This document shows positions 1 to 9,811 of a DNA stretch of 27,445 nucleotides, one piece after another. The stretch is taken from positions 1 to 27,445 of the IMG/VR virus record IMGVR_UViG_3300011336_000415, one strand, 5' to 3'. The position numbers and the translations under genes are program-made. Source of the stretch: a virus (Duplodnaviria > Caudoviricetes). Under the pieces are notes generated by a model. The model was given only the letters and a program-made list of their open reading frames with translations. It was not told where the DNA came from and searched no databases. How positions within the stretch are numbered: position 1 is the stretch's first letter; each line of letters opens with the position of its first letter.

Positions 1-449
1 TTAAAAAGACTAGCAGGAGTGCAGTTTCCTTTTTCTCCAAGTGAATAATCATAAGCCCAATTTACTAACTCTGAACATATCATAGAGTTAGGGTCGTCAG
101 TTTTTAACGGTAGCCCTAAGCATCTATTAAGAGTAATCGCCAAGAGTTTATTTGTCTGATAACCCCTTCCCTCAATACTCATCAAAGTCTTTTGAGAGCA
201 TATCTTTGCATTAGGTCTAACGACTACGAAGTTACGCCATTTCTGTAATTTTGTGAGTCCTATAGTTTTACCCCTTTGAGCTTCAAACATAAACTGTTGA
301 CCACCTATTTCACCCCAGTAGATAGCTACATGGGAATAAGGAGAGCCGTCAATCCAAGTTATAATGCTTCCACTGATAGTAAAAGGTTTGAAGAATATTA
401 TATCTCCATACTTTATTTTTTTTAAATCTATAAACTTATTTCTTTTCAT
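1..449 (-). CDS. Permuted papain-like NlpC/P60 amidase (YiiX/YebB-like), truncated at the window edge
   Basis: Not in the ORF track. Translated by hand from ATG 449: MKRNKFIDLKKIKYGDIIFF...SPYSHVAIYWG...MICSELVNWAY...CTPASLF. GDIIFF, then catalytic His (SHVAIY) before Cys (CSELV), is the permuted NlpC/P60 order. Confidence 0.8.
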   Translation of the reverse strand, partial: MKRNKFIDLKKIKYGDIIFFKPFTISGSIITWIDGSPYSHVAIYWGEIGGQQFMFEAQRGKTIGLTKLQKWRNFVVVRPNAKICSQKTLMSIEGRGYQTNKLLAITLNRCLGLPLKTDDPNSMICSELVNWAYDYSLGEKGNCTPASLF

Positions 450-576
450 TTTTAACTTCTACTGCGGGTAATTTATCAAAAAAATCCTGTAAACTTATAT
501 ATGTCTGAATAGGTATATTTAAGTCTTGCATAGTCTTCATTACCGCTTTAATTTGTTCTTGTGTTATTGTTCTCAT
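436..576 (-). CDS. Small hypothetical protein (46 aa), probably leaderless
   Basis: MRTITQEQIKAVMKTMQDLNIPIQTYISLQDFFDKLPAVEVKNEKK*. It overlaps the start of the next gene, and an extended -10 lies 7 nt upstream. Confidence 0.6.
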   Translation of the reverse strand: MRTITQEQIKAVMKTMQDLNIPIQTYISLQDFFDKLPAVEVKNEKK

Positions 577-583
577 ATATACA

Positions 584-592
584 ATTATAACA
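584..592 (-). promoter_or_regulatory. Extended -10 promoter (TGnTATAAT)
   Basis: TGTTATAAT on the minus strand, 7 nt before ATG 576. Confidence 0.45.
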
Positions 593-595
593 TGA

Positions 596-973
596 TTATT
601 CCGTTATTGTAACCTCTGTGTTGATAGCTGTATCAAGTTGAGACTTTGCTATTACGGCTCTGTTTTGCATTACAAGTCCAAAGAACTTATTAATAGAAGG
701 AGATACTATATTTTTAAGACGCATTGTGTAGTCGTTTGAGAGAAACTGTTTAATAAATGTTTCTTGTGACACATCTACAAATATGTCATCTAAAGTAATG
801 GTAAGTATATCAATCTCTGGGTTATTTTTTACAACTTCATCTCGTGCAATTCTCAAGGCCTCATTTTTAGTATTTTCTACCCATTCTTGATATTTCAAGT
901 CCTCAGTCACTACTGGTATAAGAGGCTTATTTTCCTCTGATATATCAAATGTTGTTGTTATTGTTATTTTCAT
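596..973 (-). CDS. Hypothetical protein downstream of the tail fibre (possible fibre-associated or chaperone protein)
   Basis: 125-aa ORF directly after the fibre gene; no recognisable motif. Confidence 0.5.
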   Translation of the reverse strand: MKITITTTFDISEENKPLIPVVTEDLKYQEWVENTKNEALRIARDEVVKNNPEIDILTITLDDIFVDVSQETFIKQFLSNDYTMRLKNIVSPSINKFFGLVMQNRAVIAKSQLDTAINTEVTITE

Positions 974-988
974 TTTGTTTATTTAATT

Positions 989-3316
989 TTATAATCCTAC
1001 TGTATTCCAACTAGAACCATTCCAATAAAACATAAATTTTCCTCCTGCGCCTGCGTATGTATAAATATGCCCCCCTCCATCGTCTACAAACACATTATAA
1101 GTACCATCACAAATGGCAGTAAGCTCTACAAAATCACCCGCTGACGGTGAACTTGGAAGATTAAGAGTGGCGTCACTACCCCAAGCTGAAAGCTGGTATA
1201 TTGTTCCTACTGTAGCTGTTACAGTACCGCCTATCTGATATACAATACCGCTACTTCCTCCTGCTGGTGTTCCCCATGTTCCATCACCTCTCCAGAAGGT
1301 AGCTGATGATGCACCAGAGCCACCATTAAGATTTGTTACTGGAAGGTTGCCTGTAACTTCTGAACTAGATAGATTTATTGCCCCTGATACGAGTTTTTTA
1401 CTTCCATTAGTTTTTACTGGTAGAGAAGCTGTTAAATCACTCCCAACATAACCAGAAGAACCAGTAATTTGGTCAGAAAATGTAAAGCCTGCACCAGAAC
1501 CTACGGCATCAAATGTAACTCCTCCAATAGAACCAACCGTTACATTTGCATAATTTGAAGCATCATATTCCCACTGTTGTTGTTTGGTTGTAAGGCGGTT
1601 TGTAATAAGACCAGTACCAGTAAATCCTACACCATTATAAGTACCGTCTTTATCAATAGATGCCTTGATAGTTCCACCTGTTTTAAATCTTGCTATTACT
1701 GACCCTGCGGTAGAGAAAGTGTTTAATGTGTCAAAACTATAACCCCAAGCAGTAGCACCATCTGTCATTGATGTTTGTAAGTTCAATCCACTGTTGGTAT
1801 CTGTTTTTTTAATATCTAACCAAGTATTATTTCCTGCCTGAATAAAACTTAAATATCCATATTGAACTGTGATTGCACCTCCATTTCCTGCGTTACTTTT
1901 TATAGCACTTGGAGCAATAAAGAATGAACCCTCTAATCCGTAAGTAGTAGCATCTACTGCGTAGAGTTTCATCACACGAAACTTAGTACCATTCAAATCA
2001 ACTTCCCAGTCAAACCAAACTGTACTGTTGTCAGGATACCCAGCATTACCATCTTTAGCATAGAAAGACATTCTAGGACTATCTACAGGAGTACCATAAG
2101 GTACAGTAGACTCTATTAAAGGTGAGGTAACTCTACTGCCTATAACATTTCCTTGTGCTGTTACTGTTCCTAGTGTTATTGCCTGTACTGAAATAGCCGA
2201 AAGAGTAAAGCGTGAAGTGTTTGTAGGTGTAACAATAAACTTATTAGTATTAAATGCCTCTACAAAATAAGTGTATGTACCGTCTGCTGATATAACTCCG
2301 CCTCCACTTCTAGCACCTAGTGTCCAAGTAAATGAACCTACTGTTAAGCCTGTTACAGTAATCGTAACTTTATATAGAGTTCCTATTGTTGGAGCAGTAC
2401 CTGCTGTTTGAGTGAGTAGTCCCGTACCGTTAGAGCTTTTTATTATTCTGTCTGGTGAAGTACCGTATGTCCACCCTGTGCCTAATGACCAATTTCCTGT
2501 CGTAAGAGCAGGTATAAGAGTTGAGCCTAGTGTTGAATACGTATTTAAACTATTACCAGTTCCAGCAACTCCTACCTCGACAGATGCAGTACTAAATGTT
2601 TGTTGTCCTGTCCAAGTATTTGCATTAGCAAGATTAAGCCCGAGTGTAGTACCTGTAAGGGTAAGGGTTGAATTTGTAGCTCCTGTGACAAAACCTGTGA
2701 TAGCAGAATAAGATACACCTAGTGGATTAGTTGAGTCAGCTTTTAAAAAAGTACCGTCTGTTCCTACAGGGATACGAGCATTTGTTGTTGAAAAGCCGTA
2801 TAGGTCGCCTTTTGTTGTGAGAGGGGAGGAAGAACCTGCATCTGCAAACTCTAAACCATCTTCTGTTGCTTTCACTTTAGGAAATTTACCTGCTTGACCT
2901 GAATATGAATTAGGTACATCTGTTAATGCTGTAAACTGTCTAGCACCGCCTCCTCCTTGATACACTTTATTTACTTTAGGTTCTCTCGCTAATTTTGCTA
3001 CCTCATCGTAGTCATCAAGCCCGCGAATAGCACTTTTATCAAGTCGTTTTTCATCTTGTAATAGTTCAAGGCTATCTCTTATAGGTTCTCCAAGTTTAGG
3101 TATATCTTGCTCTATCTGCTCGATAGTAGGTATAGTATGTTTTATTTGCTCTACGACGATTTTAGAGGATTCTAGGGCTATATTTTCAATGTCTACCTCT
3201 GCATCTTTACCATCAAAATAATCAACACCTTTAACAGGGGTATATCCGTCTTTTATATCTAACTTCTTTTTAAGTTCTTGAGCTGATATATCAACTGTGA
3301 TTATTTTTTTCTTCAT
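989..3316 (-). CDS. Tail fibre / receptor-binding protein, mosaic
   Basis: 775 aa, rich in G/S/T. Contains modules recurrent in phage fibres (DGYTPVKGVDYFDG; LTDVPNSYSGQAGK...DGLEF; LTTKGDL...RIPVGTDG; VTGNLPVTNLNGGSGASSATFWRGDGTW) and a CBM-like beta-sandwich (WSLGTGW...GTLYKVTITV). Confidence 0.75.
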   Translation of the reverse strand: MKKKIITVDISAQELKKKLDIKDGYTPVKGVDYFDGKDAEVDIENIALESSKIVVEQIKHTIPTIEQIEQDIPKLGEPIRDSLELLQDEKRLDKSAIRGLDDYDEVAKLAREPKVNKVYQGGGGARQFTALTDVPNSYSGQAGKFPKVKATEDGLEFADAGSSSPLTTKGDLYGFSTTNARIPVGTDGTFLKADSTNPLGVSYSAITGFVTGATNSTLTLTGTTLGLNLANANTWTGQQTFSTASVEVGVAGTGNSLNTYSTLGSTLIPALTTGNWSLGTGWTYGTSPDRIIKSSNGTGLLTQTAGTAPTIGTLYKVTITVTGLTVGSFTWTLGARSGGGVISADGTYTYFVEAFNTNKFIVTPTNTSRFTLSAISVQAITLGTVTAQGNVIGSRVTSPLIESTVPYGTPVDSPRMSFYAKDGNAGYPDNSTVWFDWEVDLNGTKFRVMKLYAVDATTYGLEGSFFIAPSAIKSNAGNGGAITVQYGYLSFIQAGNNTWLDIKKTDTNSGLNLQTSMTDGATAWGYSFDTLNTFSTAGSVIARFKTGGTIKASIDKDGTYNGVGFTGTGLITNRLTTKQQQWEYDASNYANVTVGSIGGVTFDAVGSGAGFTFSDQITGSSGYVGSDLTASLPVKTNGSKKLVSGAINLSSSEVTGNLPVTNLNGGSGASSATFWRGDGTWGTPAGGSSGIVYQIGGTVTATVGTIYQLSAWGSDATLNLPSSPSAGDFVELTAICDGTYNVFVDDGGGHIYTYAGAGGKFMFYWNGSSWNTVGL

Positions 3317-3317
3317 T

Positions 3318-3599
3318 TTATACGATGTTTAGTTTAACGACGATTTCTTCTGGTTCATTTATCAAGTCCATCATTTTCTGCATATGTTCTGTGTGGTCTT
3401 TTTGCTCTGGTATTTCAATAGAAGCTACCTGATTTGATAGTTCTTCTAGTTTAGTGTTAGTTTCTTGTGTAACATTATCTATCTTATCGCTGAGTTCTTC
3501 TTTTACTTCATCTATGGATTGTAACAATACAACATCAGAAGCTCGTTCTAATTTTGATACTTTTTTGAGTTGTTCTTGTTGCTGTTGTGTTAGTTCCAT
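3318..3599 (-). CDS. Small acidic coiled-coil virion-associated protein
   Basis: 93 aa with a heptad-like pattern; abuts the fibre gene. Confidence 0.55.
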   Translation of the reverse strand: MELTQQQQEQLKKVSKLERASDVVLLQSIDEVKEELSDKIDNVTQETNTKLEELSNQVASIEIPEQKDHTEHMQKMMDLINEPEEIVVKLNIV

Positions 3600-3607
3600 T
3601 GTATGCT
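3579..3607 (+). promoter_or_regulatory. Sigma70-type promoter for the opposite-strand peptide gene
   Basis: TTGCTG (3579-3584), 17 nt, TATGCT (3602-3607), 6 nt, ATG 3614. Confidence 0.45.
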
Positions 3608-3613
3608 TAGTTT

Positions 3614-3685
3614 ATGACTATAATTCTTATCTTGATTGCTATATCATTTATAACTTTTTTTATCTCGGAATATCACACGCTTTAA
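3614..3685 (+). CDS. 23-aa single-helix membrane peptide, opposite strand to the virion operon
   Basis: MTIILILIAISFITFFISEYHTL* fills almost the whole 82-nt intergenic gap and has its own promoter-like element. Confidence 0.5.
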   Translation: MTIILILIAISFITFFISEYHTL

Positions 3686-5271
3686 TCATTTGTTAATTCT
3701 CTTAAAGCGTTAATAAACAATACTCTTTCTTCTGGTGCAAATCTTTGTATCTGTTCAAATACTGGTGCAAGTTTTTCTGATGCAATACCCATTTTAGTAG
3801 CAATTTCTCCGATAAATTTAGGTGGTATTACGCTTTGAACTATACCTGATAATTTATCACCAATACTCGCAGCTGAACGAGGAATACCTGATTGTAATTC
3901 TCTACCAGCTTGTCTAGCCAATACATCGCTACCTCCTTGTAGGCTTTCTAGTACATTTCTAGCTACTTCTTTATTCTTAGTAAATAATGTTTGAATTTTA
4001 CCAGCAACAGCCTTAGCATTTTCTGGCGTATTAAATCCTTCACCAGTAGATAAATAAGCATCTAGTTCATCAATAAATCTCTTCTCTTTTGCAAAAGTGT
4101 CATTTAATACCTTAACTTCTGGTACTCTCTTGCCAATATAATCTCTGACATTACTTGATACGCTACCAATAATGGAATTTAGTTGCTTAGACTGTTCACC
4201 TGACTTCTTAAAATTATTTAACTTAGTAGCTAGTGTATTTAATCCTTTTGGCGTTGTATCTTTCCAAGCGTTTATAACACCAAATACCTCTTTTAGTCTT
4301 TTTTCTTCTGTATTGTCTAGTGTAGTACCAAGAAAGTCTAAAGTTCTTTTCTTAGGGTTTACATCTACACCATATTTTCTTAATGTTTCTGTCAAATTAC
4401 TCTTAACACCTTGCATTGATAGAGTATATGTTTTATCTCCAGCTTTTATTGTTGTCTTTTGCCCCGCTGTTATTACTTCTGGATTTCTACCAAGTCTTTT
4501 AGGCAATTCTTCAAGAGCTTTTCCATAGTTTTCTGTTGCCTGTGTAGCTATGTTTTTAACAGAAGATAAAACATTTGTAACATCTTCTTGAATTGTCTTT
4601 AGAGCTGGTATTTTAAGTGCTTTACTGGTTGCTTCTGGTGTCTTTACTGCCTGTTCAATTATATCAGAACCTGTACCAGATAGGACAGCACCAGTTCTTT
4701 TACCGATAGCTCCTAAGAACTTTAATGCTGGACTAACACTTTGAGCTACACCAGAAGCTACACCTGCTGTTACCATTTGACCTTTATCTCCTGTTGTTTG
4801 TAATCCAGTCAATGCTACATCGCCAGCTCCCCTAGCTAATACTCTAGGTATAAAAGACAGGGCTTTGGTAGCCGTTGATATTCTTCCTGTAGGCAATACA
4901 AATTGTGCAACATCACCTATTAACTTTCCTGTTTCCTCTGCTTTAGTTTGTGGTTTTAATGTTTCTGGTGCAAGACCTGTTTTAATATCTTGTAGACCTA
5001 ATACTTTTTTAAATGGTGATAGAGCTAAATTTCCAAGATTTTGTAGTGTTGTTAATCCAGATTTTGCTACACCAGTAGCAACACCCTTCATTCCTACATC
5101 TCCAACAATATCTTTAGGTAAATCTGTAACTTGTGCTTGATAAACTGGATATTTCTGCACTATTTTAGTAACCAATTCTGTATCTGGTATATCAATATAT
5201 TTTCTACCATCACTAGATATGGCATCTGGGTATTTTGTCCTTATTGAGTTTGCAAATTCTTGTGTATTCAT
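3682..5271 (-). CDS. Internal virion / DNA ejection protein
   Basis: 529 aa, helical, with a G/A-rich amphipathic N-half (GKLIGDVAQFVLP...AGVASGVAQ). It occupies the ejection-gene position of podoviruses. Confidence 0.6.
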   Translation of the reverse strand: MNTQEFANSIRTKYPDAISSDGRKYIDIPDTELVTKIVQKYPVYQAQVTDLPKDIVGDVGMKGVATGVAKSGLTTLQNLGNLALSPFKKVLGLQDIKTGLAPETLKPQTKAEETGKLIGDVAQFVLPTGRISTATKALSFIPRVLARGAGDVALTGLQTTGDKGQMVTAGVASGVAQSVSPALKFLGAIGKRTGAVLSGTGSDIIEQAVKTPEATSKALKIPALKTIQEDVTNVLSSVKNIATQATENYGKALEELPKRLGRNPEVITAGQKTTIKAGDKTYTLSMQGVKSNLTETLRKYGVDVNPKKRTLDFLGTTLDNTEEKRLKEVFGVINAWKDTTPKGLNTLATKLNNFKKSGEQSKQLNSIIGSVSSNVRDYIGKRVPEVKVLNDTFAKEKRFIDELDAYLSTGEGFNTPENAKAVAGKIQTLFTKNKEVARNVLESLQGGSDVLARQAGRELQSGIPRSAASIGDKLSGIVQSVIPPKFIGEIATKMGIASEKLAPVFEQIQRFAPEERVLFINALRELTND

Positions 5272-5273
5272 AT

Positions 5274-6932
5274 TTATATTCCTAGAGGGTTATTAGTCGC
5301 ATTTGCGATTGGTGTTAATATTCCTAGAGGGTCTTGTTTCTTACTAGGTTGCGATAATTCTGATTTTAGTTTATTTGTTCTACTAATAATAGAGTTATAA
5401 TCATCTACAAATCCAGATACATTCTGCTGGTTTCTCGCAGCGTCAATTATTGTATTAGAATAAGTCTTTTCAAGAGTGTCTGTAAGTAAATATCTGACAG
5501 CTCTATTTGCATCTTCTGGTGTGTTAATACCTCCAACAGTTTTCTTATAGTTTGCAATATCTGCATCTGTTAAAACACCAACTTCACCATAAATACCTCT
5601 TGCGACAGTAGGTATAAGTCCTTGAATGGTTGCATTTATAGTCGCAGCGTTAGTATCTCCGCCAAGTTGTGACGCTAGAGTTCTTAATCTACCCTGTATT
5701 ACACCTGTGCCTTCTCCAAAGATAGCTTTAGTATCACTACTAGCAACATTTTTACCTTCGGCTAGTTTATTAAGGGTTTCAAGTCCACTTAATGCTTGTT
5801 TAGACTGTGCAATTTTTTGTCTTTGGTCTTGTGCTAGTCCGTCTTTATTCTTAGCTGAGTTTAATATGAGTGCTTTATTATATTCTGGTGAACCTATTTC
5901 AAGTGTAGCCATTCTTGTATCTACTAATCCTGCTGCTCTATCTTTTGCTGCTTCGGCATTTAATTTTCCTATTTGTGCTTGTTTGTATTGTCTATCAAGG
6001 ATTGAATTTAGATAATCTTGTTTTCCTATATATTTACTTCCAGCTGTAGCTACACTAATTAAATCAGTCGCGTTATTAACTGCTTGTATTGTAGATTGGT
6101 CTGCTCCACCTCCATTTTTTGATATTTCAGCAATCATTTGAGCCTTAGCTGTCTGTAAGTCTTGTATGTTTTTCTTTTGTTCTTTTATGTTTTCCTGTAA
6201 AAATGTAATCCTTTCTTTTTCTTTTTTAGATAGATTGTCTAAGTTCGACATTTCCCAATCTTTATAATAAGTTAGAGCGTCATCCAACGGAGCTAGAAGT
6301 AGTTTAGTTTTTCTTTCCGCATCTTGCTGTATACCTTCAATATTTCCTTGTGCTGCGGATTTTAATATAGCCAAGTCTGCTAGACGTCTACCATAAGTAT
6401 CTTGAATGTTATTTAACTCAACATTTCTTTGTGCATCTGACATAGGTAATGCTTTAAGTCTATCTACTTCCTGTCTTATCTGTACATTCTGGTCTGCTAT
6501 ACGAGTATTTATATCGTTAAGTGCTGTTCGTTCTTTAGTAATACCAGCTTGCTCTTCTAAAGTAGCCTGCCCTGCTGTTATTTCACCTTTTTTACTAAAA
6601 ATAGATTTAACAGCATCATTCATAGCTTTATACCCTACACTAGCCTTATCGCCTGTTGCCGCCTGTATAGCATCAAACTCTTTATTGTATTTATCAATCT
6701 CACTTTGTGCCGGCACGGTTATATCAGAGATGATAGAAGAAGCAGGGCTTGTAGTCGTAGTACTAGGTACATTTAACTTAGGAGCTGGTGCAAGTGAAGT
6801 ACCTGTAATATTTGCTGGCTCTCCCGTTGGTTGTGGTAATGGGTCATTAAAATAGATAGGATTATCTGGCGTACCTCCTATACGATTATATTTTATTGTT
6901 TCACCTGTTACTTTGTTTATTGTTTCGTTCAT
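5274..6932 (-). CDS. Internal virion / DNA ejection protein
   Basis: 552 aa, Q/A/K-rich coiled coil with a C-terminal GEVGVLTDADI segment; lies directly after the nozzle gene. Confidence 0.6.
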   Translation of the reverse strand: MNETINKVTGETIKYNRIGGTPDNPIYFNDPLPQPTGEPANITGTSLAPAPKLNVPSTTTTSPASSIISDITVPAQSEIDKYNKEFDAIQAATGDKASVGYKAMNDAVKSIFSKKGEITAGQATLEEQAGITKERTALNDINTRIADQNVQIRQEVDRLKALPMSDAQRNVELNNIQDTYGRRLADLAILKSAAQGNIEGIQQDAERKTKLLLAPLDDALTYYKDWEMSNLDNLSKKEKERITFLQENIKEQKKNIQDLQTAKAQMIAEISKNGGGADQSTIQAVNNATDLISVATAGSKYIGKQDYLNSILDRQYKQAQIGKLNAEAAKDRAAGLVDTRMATLEIGSPEYNKALILNSAKNKDGLAQDQRQKIAQSKQALSGLETLNKLAEGKNVASSDTKAIFGEGTGVIQGRLRTLASQLGGDTNAATINATIQGLIPTVARGIYGEVGVLTDADIANYKKTVGGINTPEDANRAVRYLLTDTLEKTYSNTIIDAARNQQNVSGFVDDYNSIISRTNKLKSELSQPSKKQDPLGILTPIANATNNPLGI

Positions 6933-6935
6933 AAA

Positions 6936-8705
6936 TTATTTGTTTGGTTTGTTATCTAAAATCAATTCATCTATGGTTGTTTCACCGGTACCAAACATAG
7001 CGACTTTTAATTCTATAAGTGTATCTGGTTTACTAATAAGACCAGTATGAAATTTCTGATTTGTCTTGTTTATAGAGCAAATCTTTTTCCAGTTTTCACT
7101 TCTGGCTCTAGCTGTTCCACTTACGATTTCAATAGTTTCATCTAAATTTACAGTATATGTTCCACCACTTTCACTTAGACTTGAAATATGTGCAACACGC
7201 CCAGAACCTTTACCTTGAATAATAGTTATCTCATCACCGACTGATAGACTACTTTCTGTTGTTGTAAATTGTTTTTGTGATGTCCAAGTGATATTAAAAT
7301 CTGTATAACTTGGTTTTTCTGTTCTATATTTTACCACGAAATTAAATCCAGCGGTAGGGTCGTATAGAGTTGTAATACTATTCCACATATCTTCAAAATG
7401 TTCTGCACGAATTTGTTGCGTTGTAAAAAATCCCGCCTTTGAAATATTGTCATAATAATTATCAGTCCATATTCCATAACCTAAACCACTGTCTGTTGCT
7501 GATGTAGTGTAGTAAGAAGCACCTGCTAAGAAATTTCCTTTTGCACTATCTACTGTTGTATATCTATCTGGGATGTTAGCAAGTCCTCCTACACCCGCTA
7601 AAGTAATCTGTCCGTAGTCCTGAATAGCATTTGTTGTTGTCTTGTAGCTTAACGAAGTCTTGTGATACAAACCGTGTTCCTCTGTATATTCCCAAATACC
7701 TGAATGTATATTTTCAAGATATGAAACTGCTGTCGTTGAGTTTTCTTGATTGTTTATCAATATAGAAATAACACCATCAATAGAAGTTAATCCGTTAGGA
7801 TGTATAAATCTCTGGTTAAATATTACTTGTGTAGCTTTATAGAGCAAATTTCTTCGTATTGGCAATCTTCCTTTTTCTAAAAATCCTGAACCTGTAAATT
7901 GTAGTAGCCTAGCGTCAGAAGTTACTACATAAAGTGTTCCGTTTACATCTATATGACCTGCTAAAACTCCTTGTGCTGATACACCATATCTACCCCTCCA
8001 AGTGTCTGCTGTAACACCGTTCCAGTCATAAACATAGGCATCTCCAGCGTTAGAATCTAGTGTACCTATATAAATACCTGCTGAATGTGGTCGCATCCAA
8101 ACTACATCTTGTCCATTAGGGACTTTAAATGTGTATGAAGTCGCTGTTGTGACTGCACTCGTATATGCTGTATCAAAAGAATATATCTGACTTCTAGTAT
8201 CTACCCAATATGCTCGGTTATTGTAAACACAAAGCATATGAGCTGGTGTAGCTCCTGAAACTGTAAATGTTCTACGAGCCGTATAATCACCAGTACCAAC
8301 ACCTCCATTAGTAGCTTTTGAATATAGTTTATCTGTAGCTGATACAAGCAAAACATCTCCAAATACTTCTATGTCAGAATATCTGTAATCGAGCGTTGTA
8401 GTCGGTACACCTGTGGCTGTGTCTTCTGTAAAAACTCCTGTTGCTGTACCGTCATTTTTAAACATTCTTCCTGCACTTGTAAACCAGAAACCAGAAGCTC
8501 CTGCTAGACTATCAAAGAATTTAAATCCAACTGGCACATTCATATTTGTTAGAGTATCTGTAGTCAAAATACTACGAGGAGCTATGCTCATCTTTCCTTT
8601 GTTGTAAGTCAAATCACAATTAAAAGTATTGAAAAGTTTACCTTCTAAAGTTCCAGTGTTCGTTTGTGTAATGTTTCCGTTAAATATTTTATACATTATA
8701 GGCAA
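6936..8705 (-). CDS. Tail nozzle/hub protein (P22 gp10 / T7 gp12-like beta-propeller)
   Basis: 589 aa of beta-rich repeats (DIEVFGDVLLVS, MLCVYNNRAYW, VYDWNG); size and synteny fit. The true start may be ATG 8696 (TAATG overlap). Confidence 0.65.
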   Translation of the reverse strand: MPIMYKIFNGNITQTNTGTLEGKLFNTFNCDLTYNKGKMSIAPRSILTTDTLTNMNVPVGFKFFDSLAGASGFWFTSAGRMFKNDGTATGVFTEDTATGVPTTTLDYRYSDIEVFGDVLLVSATDKLYSKATNGGVGTGDYTARRTFTVSGATPAHMLCVYNNRAYWVDTRSQIYSFDTAYTSAVTTATSYTFKVPNGQDVVWMRPHSAGIYIGTLDSNAGDAYVYDWNGVTADTWRGRYGVSAQGVLAGHIDVNGTLYVVTSDARLLQFTGSGFLEKGRLPIRRNLLYKATQVIFNQRFIHPNGLTSIDGVISILINNQENSTTAVSYLENIHSGIWEYTEEHGLYHKTSLSYKTTTNAIQDYGQITLAGVGGLANIPDRYTTVDSAKGNFLAGASYYTTSATDSGLGYGIWTDNYYDNISKAGFFTTQQIRAEHFEDMWNSITTLYDPTAGFNFVVKYRTEKPSYTDFNITWTSQKQFTTTESSLSVGDEITIIQGKGSGRVAHISSLSESGGTYTVNLDETIEIVSGTARARSENWKKICSINKTNQKFHTGLISKPDTLIELKVAMFGTGETTIDELILDNKPNK

Positions 8706-8968
8706 GGTAATTTATATTCTTCTCCCCTCGATACAAAGACAAGAATTTTTGTCGGATTAACTGGTAAGGTGAGAGAATAAGGTGTCCCTGTAACAATAAC
8801 ATCTCTTGTTACTGCTGTTGCACTATCAATTCCTTTGATAACTTCGTTTCTTATTACTTCCTTAAATTCAAAAGGCATAGAGCCTACTGATAGTTTAGTA
8901 TTTAGTTCTTCCACCTGTTTTGTAAGGTCTGCAACTTGTTTTTGAAGTTTTAGTATTTCAGGATTCAT
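8696..8968 (-). CDS. Small virion protein with N-terminal coiled coil
   Basis: 90 aa; overlaps both neighbouring genes. Confidence 0.6.
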   Translation of the reverse strand: MNPEILKLQKQVADLTKQVEELNTKLSVGSMPFEFKEVIRNEVIKGIDSATAVTRDVIVTGTPYSLTLPVNPTKILVFVSRGEEYKLPCL

Positions 8969-9807
8969 TATGATTTATCGAGATTAGTCCAAGTAGCAGA
9001 ACTTTTCGACTGATTAGTCCATTTCGCTGTATTCGATGGAGAGGCGATATTATATGTTTCTACTGATGTTGATGTTTCATCTATAGGTACAACTCTTTGT
9101 AAAGCATATGAATATCCTTCTGTCTCTGTTGATGTTTCTGCAAAATCAGTAAATGGATAAGTCATACCGCATAGTCCTGAATCATACATAAGATTTCTTT
9201 CATACGAACTTAAAGCACGACCCCATACATATACTTCGTCTTGTATTCCACTAAAGAACTGTATAGGCGTAGTTCTGCCCAAAGCTCCGAGGGCAAACCT
9301 ATCCAGTCCAGAAGTTGAATCAATGGTTGAAGCAGTATTAGTTTCTGTTCCATTTATCTGGATAGTTACACTAGTTGACGAGTTGATAACAACAGCATAG
9401 AAGTACCATGTGTTTACTAAAGCAACTACTCCAGTATCTACATCTGTTGCTCCACCTCCTGTATTAGAACGAACAACTATATGACTATCTGCATTTCTTA
9501 ACTTCAACTGGATATAATCTGAACCACCTGAATTTGCCAAACTAAATACATTTCCATCACCAGTGACTACATTAGCGTAAAACCACCCAATTATAGTTTT
9601 TGGGTAACCTGATGCACTCGTCAATGAATCATTGTAAAGCAATTTCGTACTGTTTGGATTCCCAAAGTTTGCTCCATATCCATTTTTTCCACTTGCCGTA
9701 CTAGTAACAGTATTAACATCAGTAAAAGTATAAGTAGCAAGGACATCTGTTGTGATTGCCCCATTGTTGAATCTATATCCAGCACTTAAACTTGTTGTTA
9801 ATGACAT
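8968..9807 (-). CDS. LamG / concanavalin A-like lectin-domain virion protein
   Basis: TIIGWF...NTWYFYAVV...IQING...FSGIQDEVYVWGRALS is the LamG-like signature. Confidence 0.8.
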   Translation of the reverse strand: MSLTTSLSAGYRFNNGAITTDVLATYTFTDVNTVTSTASGKNGYGANFGNPNSTKLLYNDSLTSASGYPKTIIGWFYANVVTGDGNVFSLANSGGSDYIQLKLRNADSHIVVRSNTGGGATDVDTGVVALVNTWYFYAVVINSSTSVTIQINGTETNTASTIDSTSGLDRFALGALGRTTPIQFFSGIQDEVYVWGRALSSYERNLMYDSGLCGMTYPFTDFAETSTETEGYSYALQRVVPIDETSTSVETYNIASPSNTAKWTNQSKSSATWTNLDKS

Positions 9808-9811
9808 TTGT

